A DNA stretch of 64,000 nucleotides from Candidatus Kaiserbacteria bacterium (GTDB taxonomy: Bacteria > Patescibacteriota > Minisyncoccia > Phycocordibacterales > UBA2100). A program made the position numbers and the translations under genes. Below, piece after piece: positions 27,995 through 37,014 of this stretch (within the stretch, counting starts at the first letter, position 1; each line of letters begins with the position of its first letter). The DNA lies in NCBI GenBank assembly GCA_016217925.1, contig JACRFK010000004.1, positions 46,435-110,434 on the forward strand, read 5' to 3'. The notes under the pieces were generated by a model. It saw only the letters and a list, made by a program, of their open reading frames with translations, ran no database searches and was not told where the DNA came from.

Positions 27995-28405
27995 ATGAAG
28001 AAACAGCAAGGTTTTACGCTTATTGAGTTACTAGTGGTTATCGCTATCATCGGCATTCTCGCGTCCATCGTACTCGCATCGCTCAACTCGGCACGCGTCA
28101 AAGCGCGCGATGCTCGTCGCCTCGCCGACATCGATGCAATAAAGAAGGCGCTTACACTTTACAACAACGACAACAATGCGTACGTCGTCTCGGCTGCCAC
28201 AACCACCATCACCGGGTCGGATGCGGTCTCAACAGCGCTTATTGCAGCCGGAGCGATATCCGTAGTCCCGGCTGACCCGCAGACTGGAACGTACGACTAC
28301 ACGTACCGCAGCGACGCCACCGGCAGTAACTACTGGCTTGGCTACTGCATGGAGAACGCCAACAATAACAACCTGCAAGGTTGTAATAATTTCTTTAGAC
28401 CATAA
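27995..28405 (+). CDS. type IV pilin (prepilin with class III signal peptide)
   Basis: 136 aa from MKKQQGFTLIELLVVIAIIGILASIV: the G/FTLIE prepilin peptidase cleavage/methylation motif. The ORF track N-terminal extension runs through tRNA-Ser and is rejected. GGTACAAT box 8 nt upstream of the ATG. Confidence 0.88.
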   Translation: MKKQQGFTLIELLVVIAIIGILASIVLASLNSARVKARDARRLADIDAIKKALTLYNNDNNAYVVSAATTTITGSDAVSTALIAAGAISVVPADPQTGTYDYTYRSDATGSNYWLGYCMENANNNNLQGCNNFFRP

Positions 28406-28417
28406 GAGGCCGGTCCG

Positions 28418-28458
28418 AAAGCCCCTCACTTGTCCGCAAGTGAGGGGCTTTTCGTTCT
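28418..28458 (+). terminator. rho-independent terminator after the pilin gene
   Basis: AAAGCCCCTCACTTG-tccgc-CAAGTGAGGGGCTTT followed by TCGTTCT. Confidence 0.75.
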
Positions 28459-28546
28459 AGAGCAACGATACTCCAGCTCTTTCTATCCCGTAGTTGTCCG
28501 ATAACCCCATGTACGTCCTGAAAGGGCGGGATACAATAGTAATGCT

Positions 28547-29017
28547 ATGCCACCTCAGAGGACCGTTTTGCGATGGAATGCGTACGAACATGAGCACGTA
28601 CCGCGCGGCAGCGACTGGTATTGGGCTCTCGGCATCATCGCGGTCTCTGCGGCGATTACGAGCATCCTTTTCCACGATGTCCTCTTCGCGATACTCATAC
28701 TCATCGCCGCTGCGATTTTGGGCATGCTGGCGAATGTCCCGCCAGAGATCGTGCGGTTCGAGATATCAGACCGCGGAGTTCGCGTGGGCGATACTATGCA
28801 TCGTTTTGAGGAGATAATCTCATTCTGGGTCGAGGAAGAAGGGCTCGATCGTCCGCTCCTTCTCGTCGACACGACGAAATTGATGGCTCCAAATCTCATT
28901 ATTCCCCTCGAGAATATAGACCCGCATGCGGTGCGTAGCTACCTGCGCGAACATGCCGAAGAGGTCCCGATGAAAGAACCTGTTGCGCACAAGATCCTCG
29001 AATTCTTTGGGTTGTAA
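28547..29017 (+). CDS. small two-TM membrane protein, function unknown
   Basis: 156 aa; hydrophobic segments WYWALGIIAVSAAITSILF and LFAILILIAAAILGML; GGGATACAAT box 9 nt upstream of the ATG. Confidence 0.5.
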   Translation: MPPQRTVLRWNAYEHEHVPRGSDWYWALGIIAVSAAITSILFHDVLFAILILIAAAILGMLANVPPEIVRFEISDRGVRVGDTMHRFEEIISFWVEEEGLDRPLLLVDTTKLMAPNLIIPLENIDPHAVRSYLREHAEEVPMKEPVAHKILEFFGL

Positions 29018-29021
29018 CGAT

Positions 29022-31214
29022 TTACTCGGCGACCGAGACAGTGGTCGTTGCTTCTTTAGTGCCTCCGGCAACTGTTTCGCAGTGAAGGAGGAACATCGCG
29101 CTCGTTGTTATCGGCGAGGTTGTCGCCGCGCCGGCGACACTCGTGTTGGAAGAGTTACGCTCGGTGAAGTCTTCCTGGTCTGGACTCGAGATGACGCAAG
29201 AGGTCATTCCTGTCGTAAGCCAGGAAAGAAGCGAGGTGCCGTTTGGGGGGACAGTTTTGGGATTCGCCACAAGAATGATGGTCGGGCGTGATACCTGGAC
29301 GGAGCATTGGGCGCCGGAGGTCTTAGCTCCGTCGACACACGCAAGAGAGTAGGTAGCGGTGTTGGTGCCGGCCGGAGGGTTCGCGACGGTCGTTGTGGCA
29401 GAGCCTCCGGGCTGGGTGGTGACGGTGAAGGAACTGCTGGAGGCGATGCCGGAGGAACAGCCGTAGGTGATGGCGATCTGCTGACCTACGTCGGCGACCT
29501 CAGGAGAGCACGAGAGGGTCGCCTTCGGCGTGCCTCCGCCTGTGGGGATGCACTGCCAATTCGTGATGCAAGCGCCGCTGTAGGTGGGCTGCCAAGAACC
29601 GGTGGTGCAGTTGTTGGGGTTGGGTCGTTGGGGTTGCATGGAGCACTGCCCTTGGGTTGACGGCGTGCACGCGACAGGCTGGGCTGGCAGAGGCATCGTC
29701 GGAGCATTGCCGCCGTAGTATTGATTCTGTTGCTGTTGTTGATACTGATACAGCTGGAGCTGATAGTTGTATTGCTGCAACTGTTGCTGGTACTGCTGTT
29801 GCTGCTGGGCATAGGCATTGGGGTCTGTGGAGCACTGTTGAGCGGCGGCAGGAGGCGGCATGGGTGGTGTCGGCTTAAAAGCATTCGCAAGGCCCTTCAG
29901 GAACGAATCGAGTGGTCCCGATGAGGAGTTTGAGGAAGAAGTCCTTCCTGTATTTGGATCTTGAAACGTTTGTTGACCCACGCGGATACAGTTGTTGGGC
30001 GGAGTTCCCGTGCTGCCGGGCGGACACTGTTGAGTCACGCTACCTTTAACGCACTCCGTGTCCCCCGCATCATTCTTCCCGCACTTGTACCCATTATTCT
30101 CAAGGTATCCCGCATCCTTCGGACCGGCCGGATAACACGTCCTTCCGCCGTCGTAACAATCGCGGGTAGCGGTCGGGTCACTGGGAGACCTGTCCAAGGA
30201 AGGATTCGAAGTGTCCCCCTTGTCACCCCCTTCCGGGATGAGAACCTTTGCGTCACCCAAATCCGGGTTTTGCTTGAAGGCATCCTCGGTCACTTGCCTA
30301 GAGGCTTCCAAGGCGGCTTGATCAGGATTGGCAAGTGCCATCTTTAGTATTTGATCGTCTGTTGGTGACGTCGCTGGCAGGGTCAGGGAAGAATCCGCGG
30401 GCTTAACGCCATAGGCGTTGTTCAAAATCTCAAGTGAGCGCGAGTCAATGCCCGACGAAATCTTGACGCCATTTACGCCGGTGCCTGTGTATGCATCAAA
30501 TGTACTTGTGTTTAATGATTGAGTAAGGATAGCGGTCTTATCGATACCGTCCATATTTGCCGTAAAACACTTAAATTCTTTTTTTGTTACGCCCATGTTA
30601 CCCCCCAAAGTAAGTACGCTATTCAGCGTATTACCTGTCGCGTTCGGTGTGCATGCCAGAGTGGCGCATTTTCCAGGCGGCATATTTGGATTCGGTTGCG
30701 TCGTCACCTTTATGCCCCCTTTATCGGAAGCAATGTCAACCTGCGCAGATTTCCCAACACATCGGTATTTAGCCGGTACCGATGCGTCCGGTATCGCCCC
30801 GACACAGTCGTCAGTCGCCTTTTCTGCAGGCTTGGCGGTTCTCTTGGTCGTTGCTGCGATTTTAGCTTCCTTGATTGCCGTTTCGCATTTCTTGGCGAGT
30901 TCGGCTCGCGCCGTTGCTTGTTGGCTGCCTACTGTATCACTGCCGATTCCCCCGGGCGCTGCGGTCTGAGACGCCGGATTGCCACCCGGCAATGTGGATT
31001 CGACACCTACGGCTACGGCCGAGAGAATCGCGACGAAAACGAATGCCGCTACTATCGAAACACCCCGAGCCGGGACTCGTCGTCTGAAAGCCACCATGTC
31101 GCAATCATGCGCCCCGCAGGCCTTTGGTGCAATGTGTATGAAGTGGAAAAGATCTCCGATCTCGGAACACATCCGAGAGGTTACGAAAAACTTATGCATA
31201 TTTTTTATAGACAT
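29022..31214 (-). CDS. giant secreted Gln-rich/Cys-rich surface protein, paralog A
   Basis: 730 aa; signal/TM (..VSIVAAFVFVAILSAVAVG..), Cys-containing central region, poly-Q/Y coiled-coil-like stretch (AQQQQQYQQQLQQYNYQLQLYQYQQQQQNQYY), then CTTGSWQPTYSGACITNWQCIPTGGG plus two Ig-like C-terminal modules. Shares a ~360-bp near-identical DNA block with paralog B. Confidence 0.7.
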   Translation of the reverse strand: MSIKNMHKFFVTSRMCSEIGDLFHFIHIAPKACGAHDCDMVAFRRRVPARGVSIVAAFVFVAILSAVAVGVESTLPGGNPASQTAAPGGIGSDTVGSQQATARAELAKKCETAIKEAKIAATTKRTAKPAEKATDDCVGAIPDASVPAKYRCVGKSAQVDIASDKGGIKVTTQPNPNMPPGKCATLACTPNATGNTLNSVLTLGGNMGVTKKEFKCFTANMDGIDKTAILTQSLNTSTFDAYTGTGVNGVKISSGIDSRSLEILNNAYGVKPADSSLTLPATSPTDDQILKMALANPDQAALEASRQVTEDAFKQNPDLGDAKVLIPEGGDKGDTSNPSLDRSPSDPTATRDCYDGGRTCYPAGPKDAGYLENNGYKCGKNDAGDTECVKGSVTQQCPPGSTGTPPNNCIRVGQQTFQDPNTGRTSSSNSSSGPLDSFLKGLANAFKPTPPMPPPAAAQQCSTDPNAYAQQQQQYQQQLQQYNYQLQLYQYQQQQQNQYYGGNAPTMPLPAQPVACTPSTQGQCSMQPQRPNPNNCTTGSWQPTYSGACITNWQCIPTGGGTPKATLSCSPEVADVGQQIAITYGCSSGIASSSSFTVTTQPGGSATTTVANPPAGTNTATYSLACVDGAKTSGAQCSVQVSRPTIILVANPKTVPPNGTSLLSWLTTGMTSCVISSPDQEDFTERNSSNTSVAGAATTSPITTSAMFLLHCETVAGGTKEATTTVSVAE
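29265..29625. repeat. ~360-bp near-identical (>95%) direct repeat shared with 32724..33084 (paralog gene-conversion tract)
   Basis: Side-by-side reading: ..cgccacaagaatgatggtcgggcgtgatacctggacggagca[t/c]tgggcgccggaggtcttagctccgtcgacaca.. matches in both copies through ..ggtggtgcagttgttggggtt..; flanks are more diverged. Confidence 0.8.
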
Positions 31215-31256
31215 AGAGCACTATGTACTAGTAATTATGTCCTGTACAATTGATGA

Positions 31257-32036
31257 ATGGTTGCAAAACGGTATGCGGTCGATTTGAAGAGTCGTGTAGC
31301 GAAGTTGCGCAGTACGGGTAAAACATATGCTGAAATACAAAAGGTCTTCTCCATTCCAAAGAGCACTCTTTCAGTCTGGCTGGGTAAGAGATACCGGGGA
31401 GTATTCGACAGAAACGCCCAACTTGAACACTTAAAGCGTGCCCGTCTTATCGCTGCAAGAATCCTCCGAGAGCGGAAGATCCAGCGTGATTCAATATCGG
31501 AAGCGAAAGGTATAGACGCGGCACGATTATTACCACTACAAGATGTTGGGTTCAGAAAATCACTTCTTGCCATGCTCTACTGGGCAGAAGGATCAAAACA
31601 CAAAAAGGCAAGTGGTCTGACTTTTACGAATACAGATCCCCGACTAGCGGTTCTCTATATCACGTTACTCAGATCTTGTTTTCTCATAGACGAAAAACGC
31701 CTTAGAATCCGACTGCACGTGCATCATTATCACAACAAAAAAGAGGCTGTGAGATTTTGGTCGCAGCTACTTCACGTTTCACCCGATCAATTTGGGAAAC
31801 TGCATGTAAAAAAGCGCAGCACGAGAAGGAAGTTCCGAAGGAACTTCATGGGTATTTGTTTTATTTCGTACGGTAATACCAGCATGCTGAAAGAAGTCCT
31901 TGCATTTGGTTACGCGATACAGGACCTGATTAACAAATCTCCAACCATGCCCTTGGCAGGAATCGAACCTGCATTTCATCCTTCGCAGGGATGTGTCCTA
32001 TCCATTGAACGACAAGAGCCGACGAGAGAAATGTAA
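31257..32036 (+). CDS. HTH + single-motif LAGLIDADG-like endonuclease ORF; 3' end runs antisense through tRNA-Arg(GCG)
   Basis: 259 aa; N-terminal HTH (GKTYAEIQKVFSIPKSTLSVWL), degenerate LAGLIDADG motif LLAMLYWAEGSK, basic C-terminus. Confidence 0.5.
   Translation: MVAKRYAVDLKSRVAKLRSTGKTYAEIQKVFSIPKSTLSVWLGKRYRGVFDRNAQLEHLKRARLIAARILRERKIQRDSISEAKGIDAARLLPLQDVGFRKSLLAMLYWAEGSKHKKASGLTFTNTDPRLAVLYITLLRSCFLIDEKRLRIRLHVHHYHNKKEAVRFWSQLLHVSPDQFGKLHVKKRSTRRKFRRNFMGICFISYGNTSMLKEVLAFGYAIQDLINKSPTMPLAGIEPAFHPSQGCVLSIERQEPTREM
31948..32019 (-). tRNA. tRNA-Arg (GCG), putative
   Basis: Acceptor GCTCTTG/CAAGGGC (one G-U), D-arm GTTC-AATGGATA-GGAC, anticodon stem CATCC/GGATG with loop CTGCGAA (GCG), T-arm GCAGG-TTCGATT-CCTGC. 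The rare anticodon and antisense overlap with a CDS lower confidence. Confidence 0.55.
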
Positions 32037-32066
32037 CACGTTTCGATTTTTTTCGTAACGCCACTC

Positions 32067-34997
32067 TTACCGCATCGTGAACGGGTCCGTGAATCCGAAC
32101 TCCAGGTACAGTGGGTCGGGCGCCGACGGTGGCGTATTCGGCTCACCGAGATTTGCGTCGGCAGGAGTGTACAGATCCGCCTCTATCATATAATCGCGAC
32201 CGCTCACGAGATCTGTGTCGCACACATAAGGAGTACCCGACGGGCACGCATCGCCCGCGTTCGGTACATGCCAGTCATAACTGCCGCTCGTCGCCTTCCC
32301 TCCCGCGATAAGCCCCACGACCTCACCGCCCTGCACATCGACTAACCATAGCGATATTGCCGAGCCTGGAGGCGGATTTATCGTGCGCCAGGCGATGGTC
32401 GTCGTCGTGCCGAGCGGTACCGTCGCCCCGTCTATCGTAGAACTCGCCTCCACCAACCCGCCGGCAAAATTGTCGGGAACTCCCGCAACGTGGACAGTGG
32501 TCGTTGCTCCCTTGGTACCTCCTGCGAGAGTCTGACACTCGAGATGGATACGTGCGGCTGATGTAAGTGGCGTCGTCGTAGCCGCGCCGGCAACGCTCGT
32601 ATTACTCATATTTTGTATCGTGAAGCCGGGCATGTCCGGACTCGATATCACACAGGAATCCATCCCCGTCGTGAGCCAGCTGATGAGCGAGGTGCTGCTC
32701 GCGGCGGTAACCGTGGCGGGATTCGCCACAAGAATGATGGTCGGGCGTGATACCTGGACGGAGCACTGGGCGCCGGAGGTCTTAGCTCCGTCGACACAGG
32801 CCAGAGAGTAGGTCGCAGTGTTGGTGCCGGCGGGGGGATTCTGGACGGTCGTGGTGGCAGAGCCTCCGGGCTGGGTAGTGATGGTGAAGGAACTGCTGGA
32901 GGCGATGCCGGAGGAACAGCCGTAGGTGATGGCGATCTGCTGACCTACGTCTGCGACCTCAGGAGAGCACGAGAGGGTCGCCTTCGGCGCGCCTCCGCCC
33001 GTGGGGATGCATTGCCAATTCGTGATGCAAGCGCCGCTGTAGGTGGGCTGCCACGAGCCGGTGGTGCAGTTGTTGGGGTTTGGTTGTGGGACTTGGTCTC
33101 GGCACTGGTTGCCGGTCGACGGGGAGCATGGGGTGGGTCGTTGCGGAAGTGGTAAGTCGGGCGGCGTGATACCGCCGTTTCTTTCTGCATAGAACTGGTT
33201 CATCTGCTGCTGGTACTGCTGTTGCTGGAGCTGGTAGTTGTACTGCTGTAACTGCTGCTGGTACTGCTGTTGCTGCTGGGCGTATACGTTCTGATCGGTC
33301 GAGCAGGCTTGGGCGGGCGCGGCTGGCGGAGATTGCGGAGCACCGAGCGCTTTCATAAGTCCCTCGAGCATAGAGCTGAGCGCCTTCCCGATATCACCCC
33401 CGCCACCGCCCGGCTTGTCGCCACCCGGTTTCTCGCCACCAGTTCCCGGCCCGGCGCCCGGACCAGCCGGCGGAGTAGGCGTTTTGACCTCCGGTTTTGC
33501 ATCCGGCGTCCCGTCGCCTTTCTTGACCTCTGGCTTGACTTCCGGCTTCGGCACATCGGTCTTTGCTCCAGGTTTGGGCGCAGGCCCTGATTTTGGACAC
33601 GTTGACGCGTCGGACCCCGGGCTTCCACAAGGAGTTCCGAAAGCATCCGTCATCTGTGGAGTTTTTTTGTCTACAGAGTCTGCCTTGTCCCCAGACTTCG
33701 GCGGAGTGTTTTTCTCTCCAGCATCCGCCTTGTCTCCAGATTTCGGTGTACTTGGGCCTGATGGTGATGCGTCAGTTTTCTGCGGCGGGCTACTTCCCTG
33801 TTCATCCTTCAGCTTCTGTGCCTGAAGTCTATCCAACTCTTCTTGTTTCGCCTCAGGAAAGTTTTCGCCAGCCCCCGCGTTAGCGATTGCTTTCTCATTT
33901 TCAAGCTCTTGAATGCGCGCATCCCTCTCGAGCGCGATTTGTTTGTCTGCCTCAGCCCATGCCGCCTGGTCGGAACGAATTGTTTCCTCTAGCGCGGCTT
34001 GATTGTTTGCCCCAGCCCATGCCGCCTGGTCGGAACGAATTGTATTCTCCAGCTCGGCTCTTCTAAGTTCCTCTGGAGTGGCTGCGGGCCCAAAGGTGTC
34101 GTTGACCCCTGGCGTGGTAGGACCAAAGGCATCCTTCAGATTGGCATACTCTGCCGCCTGTTCTGGCGTGAGCTTCACGGCATTCTCACCGAGCGCTTTA
34201 TCTATCGCCCATGGATTCTCTCCTTGGTAGTCACTAGGTATCGGCGCGGTCGGGTCGTTACCGTATGCTTGAATCTGTTCCAGCGCAGTAGCCTCTTTCA
34301 ATGCCTTATCACGCAGGGCCTCATTCGAGGTGTACGCCGAATACGCGTTCCGTATTGCCTCTTGATCGCATCCTGACTGACCCGCCATACAAACTGCATC
34401 AAGTTGCGTATACGCATCTTTTTGATCTTTTGCTAACGCGTCGTACGCCGCCGCCTGGTCTCTTAGTTTTTGGATTTCATCAGCATTCGACGGGACCTTG
34501 GGCGGCTCGCCTGTCCCGGCATCGTCTGTAGGGCCTTTTGTCAACGTACATTGCTTTTCGTCGCAGATGTCCGCATGGCAGATATTCTCTGCTATACAGT
34601 AGCCTTGCGCAGCAATATCCGTATCCTCCGTATGCTGGCATTTCTTCCACGACAGATTTGTTATTATGACCTTAACGTACGAACCCTCTTGGTACGTCGG
34701 CCCCTTCGCCTTGGTCCCGTATTTATGTGTCGTGTCCTCTTTCGGGCACTCCTTATCGGCCTCTTTGGGGTCGCTGGGTGTCGACGCCGCGCTTTGTGCC
34801 AGCTGCGCTTGCGGGGCGAACGCATATGAAGAGGCTGAAGAAAACGAGTTGGCTACCTCGACGACGCCTGTTACGCCGCCGAGGATGGCTACAAACACAA
34901 GGGGGGTTACAAGAGAAAACTTTCGCTCCCGGTTGAGCGATTCGTGGAAAACCATATCACAATAATGCGGCCTATAGGGCGAAGCTGCAATGCGCAA
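32067..34997 (-). CDS. giant secreted Gln-rich/Cys-rich surface protein, paralog B
   Basis: 976 aa; signal/TM (..LVTPLVFVAILGGVTGVVEV..), Pro/Lys/Glu-rich spacer (KPEVKPEVKKGDGTPDAKPEVKTPTPP), tandem ~27-aa repeat (TIRSDQAAWA..), poly-Q/Y stretch, then the same CTTGSWQPTYSGACITNWQCIPTGGG + Ig-like tail as paralog A, plus an extra C-terminal domain. Confidence 0.7.
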   Translation of the reverse strand: MRIAASPYRPHYCDMVFHESLNRERKFSLVTPLVFVAILGGVTGVVEVANSFSSASSYAFAPQAQLAQSAASTPSDPKEADKECPKEDTTHKYGTKAKGPTYQEGSYVKVIITNLSWKKCQHTEDTDIAAQGYCIAENICHADICDEKQCTLTKGPTDDAGTGEPPKVPSNADEIQKLRDQAAAYDALAKDQKDAYTQLDAVCMAGQSGCDQEAIRNAYSAYTSNEALRDKALKEATALEQIQAYGNDPTAPIPSDYQGENPWAIDKALGENAVKLTPEQAAEYANLKDAFGPTTPGVNDTFGPAATPEELRRAELENTIRSDQAAWAGANNQAALEETIRSDQAAWAEADKQIALERDARIQELENEKAIANAGAGENFPEAKQEELDRLQAQKLKDEQGSSPPQKTDASPSGPSTPKSGDKADAGEKNTPPKSGDKADSVDKKTPQMTDAFGTPCGSPGSDASTCPKSGPAPKPGAKTDVPKPEVKPEVKKGDGTPDAKPEVKTPTPPAGPGAGPGTGGEKPGGDKPGGGGGDIGKALSSMLEGLMKALGAPQSPPAAPAQACSTDQNVYAQQQQQYQQQLQQYNYQLQQQQYQQQMNQFYAERNGGITPPDLPLPQRPTPCSPSTGNQCRDQVPQPNPNNCTTGSWQPTYSGACITNWQCIPTGGGAPKATLSCSPEVADVGQQIAITYGCSSGIASSSSFTITTQPGGSATTTVQNPPAGTNTATYSLACVDGAKTSGAQCSVQVSRPTIILVANPATVTAASSTSLISWLTTGMDSCVISSPDMPGFTIQNMSNTSVAGAATTTPLTSAARIHLECQTLAGGTKGATTTVHVAGVPDNFAGGLVEASSTIDGATVPLGTTTTIAWRTINPPPGSAISLWLVDVQGGEVVGLIAGGKATSGSYDWHVPNAGDACPSGTPYVCDTDLVSGRDYMIEADLYTPADANLGEPNTPPSAPDPLYLEFGFTDPFTMR
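32724..33084. repeat. second copy of the ~360-bp near-identical block (see 29265..29625)
   Basis: As above. Confidence 0.8.
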
Positions 34998-35066
34998 AAG
35001 GGGAAAGCTTAGGCCGTCTACAGGCGAATCAGCAGATTTCGTGGCTTGGCCTGCCTAACACAGACG

Positions 35067-35333
35067 TTAGGCCGTAAGCGAACGGAGCGCGCGTGCCGCT
35101 TGCGATTTCATGCGGGCAGCGGTGTTCTTTTTGATGGTTCCTTCCTTGGCGGCCTTGTCTATCGCTTTGTAGACCGAGGGAAGCATCGCGGCCGCTTCCT
35201 TGGCGCTCTTGCTGAGTACGAGCTTGCTCATATCTTTGACCGCATCCTTCATGGTCTTCTTGCGGCGCGCATTGAAAACGCGCCGGCGTTCCGCCGCGCG
35301 CATTGCCTTCTTTGCCGAACTCGTGTTTGCCAT
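35067..35333 (-). CDS. rpsT: 30S ribosomal protein S20
   Basis: From MANTSSAKKAMRAAERRRVFNARRK...: canonical S20. The ORF track adds 10 upstream codons. Confidence 0.9.
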   Translation of the reverse strand: MANTSSAKKAMRAAERRRVFNARRKKTMKDAVKDMSKLVLSKSAKEAAAMLPSVYKAIDKAAKEGTIKKNTAARMKSQAARALRSLTA

Positions 35334-35429
35334 TGGGAGCGATACTACGCTGATAAAGAACATTTTGCAAGTTGCAGGCTGTCTTTTTCTTTACTGTTCA
35401 CTGTGCACTGTTCACGGTAAACTGCCTCT

Positions 35430-36008
35430 ATGATAGGACACCTAATGGGTAAGGTGACTGCGGTACGCGCCGGATACGCCATCATTTCCGCGGGTGGCGT
35501 CGGATACAAAGTATTCGCGACACGCGAGCTTCTGCTCACACTGAAGCAAGGCGGCGAAGCGGCGCTCTGGACCCACCTCGCGGTGCGCGAGAGCATTCTC
35601 GACCTCTACGGCTTTTCCAACGAGGAGGAGCTACGACTCTTCGAACTCCTACTGACCGTTTCCGGTATCGGGCCGAAGTCCGCGCTCGCCATTCTCGATA
35701 TCGCATCGGTCGAGACACTGCGCAGCGCCATCTCTGCGGGCAACGCGTCGTACCTCACCAAAGTCTCAGGCATCGGCAAAAAGACCGCCGAGAAAATCGT
35801 GCTCGAGTTGAAAGACAAAGTGGGCGTGTCGGCGGCCGGTAGTGCGGCGTCGCTTCATGGTGACGAAGAAGCGCTCGAGGCGATGCGCGCGCTCGGATAT
35901 TCGCAGGGAGAAGCGCGCGATGCCCTGCGTAAAGTTCCCCAGGAAGTCGAACGCTCCAATGATAGGTTGCGGGAGGCGTTGCGAATACTGGGTTCAAACA
36001 AAAAGTGA
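35430..36008 (+). CDS. ruvA: Holliday junction DNA helicase subunit RuvA
   Basis: 192 aa; MIGHLMGKV..GGVGYKV OB domain, two HhH motifs (..VSGIGPKSALAIL.., ..VSGIGKKTAEKIV..), C-terminal domain III. Confidence 0.9.
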   Translation: MIGHLMGKVTAVRAGYAIISAGGVGYKVFATRELLLTLKQGGEAALWTHLAVRESILDLYGFSNEEELRLFELLLTVSGIGPKSALAILDIASVETLRSAISAGNASYLTKVSGIGKKTAEKIVLELKDKVGVSAAGSAASLHGDEEALEAMRALGYSQGEARDALRKVPQEVERSNDRLREALRILGSNKK

Positions 36009-36036
36009 ACATTCTGAAGCCAGGTATACTACAGGT

Positions 36037-37014
36037 ATGATTAAACGCGTCCTTATCATATCTCTCGTCATATTCATCATCGCGCTCTTCATTTTCTGGT
36101 TGGTGACCGGCGGCGGTGCTGCTGCGGCACGCGCAGCGCGTTCGCTCGCAAACCCGCTCGAACTTATCTTCGGGACGAGTACTTCTGGCTCATTCATCGC
36201 GCTCCCCTGGCAACCGGATTCTTCCACACGCGGCCCCGATATCAGCGACTACGCATCTGAAGCCGCAGCACTCAATCAGGCTTCTGGCGATACGGACCAA
36301 CTGCCAAGCTCGGAAGATACGCAGGTGCGTGACTTCGGCACTCCGTCACCATACGCTGGAAGGATCACTATCCGAGAGAGTAGCGCGACGGAGAGTGACC
36401 CCTCGCGAGAATTCATCGAACTCGCCGCGTCCGAAAGCAACACGGGCCCTATTCTCATAACGAATTGGTCCCTGCAAAGTGCTGTCTCCGGAGCACGTGC
36501 GCCTATTCCCCAAGCCGCGCCGGCCTTTGTCATGGGCGTCGTCAACAACGTGCTGCCAATATCTCTCGAACCGGGCGCGGCCGTATTTGTAACGACGGCG
36601 GCATCGCCCGTCGGCACTTCGTTCCGTGAAAATGTCTGCACTGGCTATTTAAGCGAGCTCCAGACGTTCACACCGGAGCTTGCGGGCGAGTGCCCGGCAC
36701 CGTCGGAAATGTTGCCGATGAATGCCGACAACATCCGCACGTACGGCAGCTCGTGCTTTGACTATCTCAACAACTTGTCTTCGTGCCATTTCACCCCCAA
36801 CCCACCGCCCAGCCTGTCGCCCGCATGCCGATCGTTCATCACCAACGCAGTCTCCTACAACGGGTGCGTCAATACCTACCGTGCCCAAGCCTCGTTTACG
36901 CTCCCCACGTACCGTGCATATCTCTCGCTACGTTCAGAACTATGGGCCAATACGCATGAAGTGGTCCGTCTCTTGGACGCCGAGGGAAGGACCGTGGACG
37001 TCTTAACGTACTGA
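36037..37014 (+). CDS. membrane-anchored secreted protein, function unknown
   Basis: ~325 aa from MIKRVLIISLVIFIIALFIFWLV (signal/anchor). The ORF track start (35842) overlaps ruvA in another frame and is rejected. Cys-containing C-terminal half. Confidence 0.55.
   Translation: MIKRVLIISLVIFIIALFIFWLVTGGGAAAARAARSLANPLELIFGTSTSGSFIALPWQPDSSTRGPDISDYASEAAALNQASGDTDQLPSSEDTQVRDFGTPSPYAGRITIRESSATESDPSREFIELAASESNTGPILITNWSLQSAVSGARAPIPQAAPAFVMGVVNNVLPISLEPGAAVFVTTAASPVGTSFRENVCTGYLSELQTFTPELAGECPAPSEMLPMNADNIRTYGSSCFDYLNNLSSCHFTPNPPPSLSPACRSFITNAVSYNGCVNTYRAQASFTLPTYRAYLSLRSELWANTHEVVRLLDAEGRTVDVLTY

Noticed and set aside
35842-36036. First 65 codons of ORF 35842..37014
   Set aside because: Embedded in ruvA in a different frame (basic noise sequence). 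The signal-peptide Met at 36037, preceded by GGTATACT, is the plausible start.
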